Source of the DNA: Verrucomicrobiia bacterium
GTDB taxonomy: Bacteria > Verrucomicrobiota > Verrucomicrobiia > Limisphaerales > UBA1319
NCBI GenBank assembly: GCA_963664225.1
Contig: OY760937.1
Location: 5,184,001 to 5,248,000, forward strand
DNA length: 64,000 nt
Direction: 5' to 3'
Part shown: positions 57,624 through 64,000 of the stretch, piece by piece
How positions within the stretch are numbered: position 1 is the stretch's first letter
How the letters are laid out: the number at the start of each line of letters is the position of its first letter
Position numbers and translations under genes: made by a program
Notes under the pieces: generated by a model
What the model was told of the DNA's origin: nothing
Seen by the model: the letters and a program-made list of their open reading frames with translations, nothing else
The model's database searches: none

Positions 57624-60600
57624 ACATTAACGCGCCAACCCATGTTATCGGAGGGCTCACTCGGACGAGCAGTACCGCAGGCAGGCTCGTGCGCAGCAGT
57701 TTTGCAATACCATCATTGGCGGCAGCGCTGGGATGGATTTTGGGATGCGGATTCGTTTTTGTTGCCTCGATCGCTCTCGCTGCCGGGCCGCTGACAACGC
57801 TGGAATACAAGATATCCGGCATTGAACTCCAGATTACTCCCACCGCCATTTCCGTCCCCAAAGGCATCGCAGGTTCCGTGCTCGCTACTTTCACGGGGCC
57901 GACAAATTCATTCGATGGCGCGTTTATCGAAGGCACCTTGCGCGGACCCGCCTTCCCCGCGCGCCGGATCGTGGGGCAGGTCAACCAGCCGTTGTTGCTC
58001 CCGGCTATTCCGCTGGTGGGTGATTATCAACTGGATAACATCCGTCTCGTGGACGGGGCGACTGGCCTGACCAAGATGGAGGCCTCGCCCTCCTCCGTGC
58101 CGGTGCATGTGTTTGATGACGTGCTTGTCTCTCGCGTTACGTCAAGGCCACTCACGCTACAGGAGATTCAGGACCGGGGCATCATTATTGACGACGCGAA
58201 TTTCCGGGCGGTCGAGTTCGAGGTCGGTTTCGTGCTCGACGGGAAGACAATCCCGGTCCGATTCCCGGTCGTTGCTCCAACTTTCACCCAATCGACGGAA
58301 ATCATCCCTGCCGCAGAGCTGGAAAAGAAGCTCGCTGAGGCCGCCATTCTCAACCAGCAGATCGCCGGGGCGGTCGAGCTGCCGCCGGAACTGGAGCAGT
58401 CGAAACTTAACATCCAAATCCAGGGCATCAACTTCCAGCCCGTGGAAGTCGGCAGCGCCGATCTCCAGCTCAACATTCCGCCGATACCCGCCCTGATGAT
58501 CATTCCCGGCAACATCGGCTTCCTCAACCAGTTCTTTTCCGTCCAGATCTTCACTGAAAATGGAGCGCCCGCTGGTTCTGGTCTCAGCGTCAACAATGTC
58601 CAGGCCACGCTGACGCTGCCATCCGGCCCCGATCACATCGCCAGCACCAATTACAGTCAGCCCGGCGATGACCCTTTGCGTTTTGCGCGACTTGGCCCGG
58701 ATAAAATCGTGCAACCCACCCAAACCATTACCCGCCCTGGCCCTGATGGCAAACTGGGAACTCCAGACGACATCCTGCGCCTGCAACCGGGTGAATCCGG
58801 CACGGCGGAATTCCTGGTCGAAGGATTGCAGGAAGGGCTCCAGTTAATGGATCTTAACCTGGTGGCTGACCTCGAGGGCCTGGCAGCGGGCATCGTAAAA
58901 GTCAAAGGCAAGGCCGCCGGCTCGGTACTGGTGCGCAACCCGAAGTTTTCCATCGCCTTCACGCATCCGCGCACGGTTCGTACGGGCGAGCCTTATGAGG
59001 CCAGTGTCACCATCCTCAACACCTCGATTTCTCCCGCCAATCTTGTACGGGTTTCCCTGCCATCCACGGCACTCAGCGGCGGAGTGCTCGAAAGCGCCGA
59101 AACAGTGGAACTAGGCACCATTCTCCCCGGCCAATCAGCAACGGCAAGCTTTCGCATTCGCTCGCAGCGCTCTGGCTCGGTCTCGTTCTCAAATCTCACC
59201 ACGTCGGACGAGAGTACGCAAGGCCAGTTTCGCCTGAGCATGGGGATTGATGAGCGTGGGGTCGTCCTGTCACCCGATACGCTGGCAATGCCCGACTTCG
59301 TGAATGCGCTCCCGACCAACCTGGTTGCCGCCGCCAACCGCGTGCTGGGCCAGGCGCTGAGCGTGGCCACTGCGGGACAACTTCCACCCGGCGTGCTTAA
59401 TGTAACCAAGTCTGTCATCACCAAACGCGTCCTTGAACTGGCCGAAGCGGGTCAGCGCTTGCGTTATGGGGATGCGTTAAATCGCGTGCTCGCCGACCTC
59501 CTGTTCGATTGGCAAGGGGGACGCGACTTTAATTCCGGCTTCGACCAGATTATGCGCGTGACGGACGCCGGGCGCGAGTTCCGCGAAGCCTTGATTGCAG
59601 AAATGGAAAAGGCCGACACGCTCGACGGCTCCGCTCGCCTGGCTGAGAGCGCTGCCGATCTGACGGGCCGCGGCGAAAGTTGGATTTTGGCCGCAGTCAA
59701 TATCCCGGACATCGAACTCTCACTGGCGGACGGGACCAATGCGGTCCTCCTCGATCACAGCGACATGGTTCGCGCACTCGGATATCGCGGCGGACGCGGC
59801 CATTGGCTCGGAGCCGGTTCGACGGTGACCAACGGGGTCTTTCGATGGACCTTGACCAACAGCGTGCCTGCCGCCGATTTTGTCGTGCTGATCATCAACA
59901 CCAACGGCAAGGCGCGGCAGTTGCGCTGGACGATTGCGAATCCCCCCGCCGGCTCCTGCTACTCGTTCGCGATCCCGGATGCCACCGGCCAACTCGCCGT
60001 GGACGCGAATTGCGATGGCACGCCGGAAACCTTCCTGCCCGCCACCATTCTGACCGTAAACGAGCGCGCACCGGAAATCGTTTCCGTCCGGCAGGACCTG
60101 AGTGTGCTCGCGGGTCGGCCCGCTCTGCCGTGTTCGACCGTTCCTTATGATCCGCGCAACTACGGCACAGTGCTTGCGGTGCTTTTTTCAAAGCCGATGA
60201 CGCAAAATGGCGTGAACCTCCCATCCGCTTACCAGCTTGAGAATGGCAACCACGCCAATTCGGTGCAAATCCAGCCTGGCGCGCGTGTCGCCCTCCTTAA
60301 TATGGCCCAACCTGTCGGCGCATTACGTCCTCGCACTTTGACGGTCAGTGAGGTGAGCGACCCGCGTGGCAACCCTCTGCTCGGCAACGCCAGGCTGGTT
60401 GAGAGCTCGCTCGCCGCAGGCACAGCCATCCGCGGCCGCGTCGTGCGCGCCGATGGCAGTTTCGCCGCCGCTGTTCCGGTCACGCTGACCTACTACGACC
60501 TCGACGGCAGTGGTTTCGATTGCGTCAGCTTTATCGTGCGTGCGAGCCAGGTTTTCACCGATAACAACGGGTTATTCAATTTCGATTTTGTGATCGCAGG

Positions 60601-63600
60601 AATCCCGTATTCTGTTAGCGCGACAGATACGGCGGGACTGCCACCAGAGGCCGTACAGGTCATCCTCGAGTCGGCCACCGGCGATGCATTCGCCCGCGAG
60701 AAGCTGCTCGCACTACTCAATGCCCGGCAGAATCAGGATACGCTCTTGAACGCCTTCGCCACGGTGAGCCTCCCCCAGGCCATTGCCAAAGCCGAAGGGC
60801 TGGATCGAGCGTTGTTGCGCGACTTGGTGCCACTGGGTTCCGCCCGCGAGGGAACCGAGTCAGTAGTGGCTTTGCGCTTTCGCGGGCGCGGGACGGTGGC
60901 TGGCCAGGTGCTCTCCACCGATGGTGTGACTCCGGCGGACGGAGTGGCAGTGAACCTCTTCCCAGATCCGGATTCGCGCGAATTAGGCCGGGGTCTGTTT
61001 GCAGATTCAAGCGGGCGTTTTGCCTTTTTCGGCGTGCCGCTCGGCTTGTTCACAGTTCAGGCCACCGCGCCAGGTGGCCAACTCCGCACCGTGGCGGGCG
61101 TGCTCGACCAGGTCGGCCAGACGGCCAACCTCACCATCGTCCTTTCCTCGAACACCGCGCCGCTGGCCACACTGCGCGGACTCGTGTTTGAGCCGGATAC
61201 CATCACCCCTCATGGCGGAGCGCGGGTATTTGTCGGGCGCTTTAATGACGAGGGCAAGTTCGTGGATGTGGTCGCAGCGACCAGCGCCAACTCGGACGGC
61301 TTCTGGGTGGCCACCAATTTTCCCGCCGGCAATTATGATGTGGCCGCGGTATCCTTCGATGGCCAGCGCAAGGGGGACAGGCGGCGCATCCAGGCCACCC
61401 TCGCGGTCGATACCGAGGTCTCCATCACACTCAATGGACGCACCACCGTGTCCGGACGAGTCGAGTTTTTTAACGGGGTCCCCGCCGCCAACGCGTTGGT
61501 CGCTGGAGGGGACACGATCGTCCGCACCGATGCCCGTGGTTTGTTTACTCTTTCCGGCGTGCCCACCGGTCAGCGCGCCATCAGCGCGGGCCTCGAACGC
61601 AATCCTGCCGCCGGTATTGATTTTCCACGCCTCGGCAGCGCTCAGATTAACGTGGTGGGTGGGGTGGATAACTTCGTTGTCGTCCGGCTGCGCCCAGCAG
61701 GGCGGATCACCGGGCGCGTGCTGGATGCCCTCGGAGCGCCGGTGCCCAACGCGCGTGTGGTGATCCCCCAGGATAGCGGCTTCCTGTATGTCGATGCTGA
61801 TGCGCAAGGCAGCTACCTTTTCGAAAACCTGAATCTCGGAGATTACACCTTGAGCGCACCTGGTCCGGCCGTGGCAAAGACCGACACCAGTGGGCTGGTG
61901 GACCGCATTCGCAGCGCGGAGAACGAAGACGAAGTGATGGCGGCCATCGGCGAGGCCTTTCGCATCTTCGCTGGCGCCACAGATCCGTTTCTCACCGGCG
62001 AGCCGTTCAACCCCGTTACATGGGGTTTTACTCGCACTCAGCTTACCTTTGATGGCCAGACCGTTGCTGCCGATATCGGGCTGCTGCGGCCCGGCACAGT
62101 CTCGGGCATCGTTCTCAACGGGCAGGGCGTGCCCATTGGCGCGAAGGTTCGACTCACGGGCATCGGCCCGCTCGCCAATGGCGCACCCTCCTTCATCATT
62201 CGGGGGGAGCTGAACAGCGACCCCTCCTTGGGCACCTTCACCTTCCCCAACGGTATTCTCGTCGGTCCTTTCGGCCTGCAAGCCGCCTCACCGTTCTTTC
62301 CCGTCGTGGTCAGCGCGATCGGGCAGACGACTTCAACCGAGCCGAACTCGACCAACAATCTGCTGCAATTCCCCGCAACGCGCGAAATCAATGGGCGCCT
62401 CACGGGTACGGTTTTCAATCCCGATGGTTCCCCGACGGGCAGCAACGTGACCGTCAAAATCAGCTTTGGCACCGATTACTCGATCAAGACCGATACCAAC
62501 GGTTTCTTCGATACGCAAATCGGTCTGCCGGCAATCGACGCGAATGGGAGCCCCGGGCTGGGTTACTCTGTGGAAGCCGACGATCCACTCACCGGCCTGC
62601 GCGGCATGGCCAATGCAATCGTTCTGCCTGGTATCACCAATGTCTGCAATGTACAGCTCATCGGAAAAGGCGCACTGGACATTCTGGTCAGACAGGCCAG
62701 CGGTACGCCGGCCATCAATGCCCTGGTCGAAATCAGGCAGGGGAGTTTTCCAAACGAGAATTCCACGGGCACGACCGATACCAACGGCAATGTGAGTTTT
62801 CAGAACCTCTTCGCCGGCCCTTATGCGGTCCGAGCTGCCTGGATTAGCGGGCCGACAACGATTTTTGGGCGTGGCGGCGTATGGGTGACCGCTGGGCAGA
62901 CTTCTGCCATTACGGTTGCGCTGGGCCCTACCGCGACAATTCGTGGAACCTTCGTGCAGCGCGACCTTGTGACGCCGATCGCGTTTGCCCAGGTCTCCGT
63001 CGGGGACCTTGGCTTCGCCACCACGGACGAGGCTGGTCATTTCGAGGTTGCGGGCATTCCGCTTGGCACCTACCGGCTAGTCAGCCAGGAGCCGGTCAGT
63101 GGCCGCGGGGCACTATTAAGCGTGAACTTGACTTTCGACGGAGAAATCCGTGACGTGCTGCTCATCGAGAGGGCGCAGGGTGAAATCAAAGGCGGCGTAC
63201 TCGATGGTTATGGGACAAGTTTCGTGCCCGGAGCTAATGTGACCCTGATCGAGCTCGACGGCCTCACCCCGCCACGCACCGTCTCCACCGGACCAGACGG
63301 GCAGTTCAGTTTCCCGGGCACTCCCGCGGGCGGCTTCACTCTCAAGGCTGAGGACCCGGTAAATCATTTTCAAGGCATCGCAAGCGACAATTTGACCGAA
63401 ACCACGCCGGTGCTGACTTTCAACATCCAACTCGAGCGCCTCGCGCGCCTCGTCGCCCAGGTATTCGAGCCGGGTGGTCGCGTGCCTGCGACCAACGCAA
63501 CCGTGCAACTCTTGGGGGAAAAGGTATCCCTGACTACAGACACCGACAGCACCGGCCGGGTTGCTTTCCTGAACCTGCCCCTGGGCAGCTACAGACTGCG

Positions 63601-64000
63601 CGCGGATTCTCGCCGGGTCGGCGCCACCCACAGCGCGGTGAGGACGAACATCACCCTCAGTATTATCGGCGACGCGCCGCCAGTCTCCATGAAGCTGCTG
63701 GGGGTCGGGTCGGTTGCCGGGACCGTGTTATTGAGCGATGGCGTGACTCCCGCCACTGGGGCCGAAGTAACCCTCAAGACTCAGTCTCCGCTTTTCAATG
63801 GCGATGAGGAAACTCAATTTGCAGGTAGTTCCGGACAATTCAGTTTCAGCAACGTGGCGGTTGGTCCCTATACTCTCAGTGTAAAATCCGTCGCGCTGGG
63901 TACCTCGGTTGGCGGCAGCATCACCGCTGATGGTGAAAACGACAACCTAAGCCTGGTCCTGAGCGGCAGTGGCGCGGTCGTTGGTCGATTGGTAAGAGTC
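57620..64000 (+). CDS. giant secreted protein with carboxypeptidase-regulatory-like (Cna-B-type) repeats, >2127 aa, truncated by window end
   Basis: ATG 57620 overlaps the upstream TGA. The start (signal peptide, TLEYKISG...VSRVTSRPLTLQEI) and end (...GTVLLSDGVTPATGAEV...GSGAVVGRLVRV) translate in the same frame, and the track lists no ORF in this frame, consistent with no stop; repeated G.V.G.V..DG.TP...F.F..VP.G units. Confidence 0.88.
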   Translation, partial: MNINAPTHVIGGLTRTSSTAGRLVRSSFAIPSLAAALGWILGCGFVFVASIALAAGPLTTLEYKISGIELQITPTAISVPKGIAGSVLATFTGPTNSFDGAFIEGTLRGPAFPARRIVGQVNQPLLLPAIPLVGDYQLDNIRLVDGATGLTKMEASPSSVPVHVFDDVLVSRVTSRPLTLQEIQDRGIIIDDANFRAVEFEVGFVLDGKTIPVRFPVVAPTFTQSTEIIPAAELEKKLAEAAILNQQIAGAVELPPELEQSKLNIQIQGINFQPVEVGSADLQLNIPPIPALMIIPGNIGFLNQFFSVQIFTENGAPAGSGLSVNNVQATLTLPSGPDHIASTNYSQPGDDPLRFARLGPDKIVQPTQTITRPGPDGKLGTPDDILRLQPGESGTAEFLVEGLQEGLQLMDLNLVADLEGLAAGIVKVKGKAAGSVLVRNPKFSIAFTHPRTVRTGEPYEASVTILNTSISPANLVRVSLPSTALSGGVLESAETVELGTILPGQSATASFRIRSQRSGSVSFSNLTTSDESTQGQFRLSMGIDERGVVLSPDTLAMPDFVNALPTNLVAAANRVLGQALSVATAGQLPPGVLNVTKSVITKRVLELAEAGQRLRYGDALNRVLADLLFDWQGGRDFNSGFDQIMRVTDAGREFREALIAEMEKADTLDGSARLAESAADLTGRGESWILAAVNIPDIELSLADGTNAVLLDHSDMVRALGYRGGRGHWLGAGSTVTNGVFRWTLTNSVPAADFVVLIINTNGKARQLRWTIANPPAGSCYSFAIPDATGQLAVDANCDGTPETFLPATILTVNERAPEIVSVRQDLSVLAGRPALPCSTVPYDPRNYGTVLAVLFSKPMTQNGVNLPSAYQLENGNHANSVQIQPGARVALLNMAQPVGALRPRTLTVSEVSDPRGNPLLGNARLVESSLAAGTAIRGRVVRADGSFAAAVPVTLTYYDLDGSGFDCVSFIVRASQVFTDNNGLFNFDFVIAGIPYSVSATDTAGLPPEAVQVILESATGDAFAREKLLALLNARQNQDTLLNAFATVSLPQAIAKAEGLDRALLRDLVPLGSAREGTESVVALRFRGRGTVAGQVLSTDGVTPADGVAVNLFPDPDSRELGRGLFADSSGRFAFFGVPLGLFTVQATAPGGQLRTVAGVLDQVGQTANLTIVLSSNTAPLATLRGLVFEPDTITPHGGARVFVGRFNDEGKFVDVVAATSANSDGFWVATNFPAGNYDVAAVSFDGQRKGDRRRIQATLAVDTEVSITLNGRTTVSGRVEFFNGVPAANALVAGGDTIVRTDARGLFTLSGVPTGQRAISAGLERNPAAGIDFPRLGSAQINVVGGVDNFVVVRLRPAGRITGRVLDALGAPVPNARVVIPQDSGFLYVDADAQGSYLFENLNLGDYTLSAPGPAVAKTDTSGLVDRIRSAENEDEVMAAIGEAFRIFAGATDPFLTGEPFNPVTWGFTRTQLTFDGQTVAADIGLLRPGTVSGIVLNGQGVPIGAKVRLTGIGPLANGAPSFIIRGELNSDPSLGTFTFPNGILVGPFGLQAASPFFPVVVSAIGQTTSTEPNSTNNLLQFPATREINGRLTGTVFNPDGSPTGSNVTVKISFGTDYSIKTDTNGFFDTQIGLPAIDANGSPGLGYSVEADDPLTGLRGMANAIVLPGITNVCNVQLIGKGALDILVRQASGTPAINALVEIRQGSFPNENSTGTTDTNGNVSFQNLFAGPYAVRAAWISGPTTIFGRGGVWVTAGQTSAITVALGPTATIRGTFVQRDLVTPIAFAQVSVGDLGFATTDEAGHFEVAGIPLGTYRLVSQEPVSGRGALLSVNLTFDGEIRDVLLIERAQGEIKGGVLDGYGTSFVPGANVTLIELDGLTPPRTVSTGPDGQFSFPGTPAGGFTLKAEDPVNHFQGIASDNLTETTPVLTFNIQLERLARLVAQVFEPGGRVPATNATVQLLGEKVSLTTDTDSTGRVAFLNLPLGSYRLRADSRRVGATHSAVRTNITLSIIGDAPPVSMKLLGVGSVAGTVLLSDGVTPATGAEVTLKTQSPLFNGDEETQFAGSSGQFSFSNVAVGPYTLSVKSVALGTSVGGSITADGENDNLSLVLSGSGAVVGRLVRV

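Noticed and set aside
58157..63777. Many track ORFs including 61007-62281 (424 aa)
   Set aside because: Off-frame or antisense to the long open frame starting at 57620.
1..64000. tRNA, rRNA, tmRNA or riboswitch genes
   Set aside because: None recognisable by eye; a covariance-model scan would be needed to exclude them.

Overview
Bacterial chromosome window, inferred to be Verrucomicrobiota (Pedosphaera/Limisphaera-like), based on PEP-CTERM proteins, 'STNLxNW...YR' C-terminal domains and the style of its REP/attC repeats. About 1-32 kb is mostly housekeeping and conserved genes: partial pyrE, PIN/TRAM, mlaDFE, dus, parB, a PfkB kinase, def, guaA, a GH42 enzyme, DUF721, a MoxR-DUF58-BatABDE cluster, plsY-gpsA, a receiver/PAS protein and a RACo-type corrinoid activator. 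A repeat-rich patch at 4.1-6.1 kb interrupts this block. From about 32 kb on the region is accessory: a sigma54-type cluster with FN3 and PEP-CTERM genes, an ISKra4-like IS, and a small integrase-less array of integron attC cassettes. It ends in a >26 kb co-oriented locus of large secreted proteins: an RHS protein with a C39-like peptidase domain, an Ig-rich partner, a PEP-CTERM protein, a 3568-aa protein carrying an alpha/beta-hydrolase and a C-terminal nucleotidyltransferase-like tip, and a >2127-aa ORF that runs off the window and is absent from the ORF track. That giant-protein locus is the best candidate for an undescribed system. All family assignments come from motifs read by eye; no searches were run.
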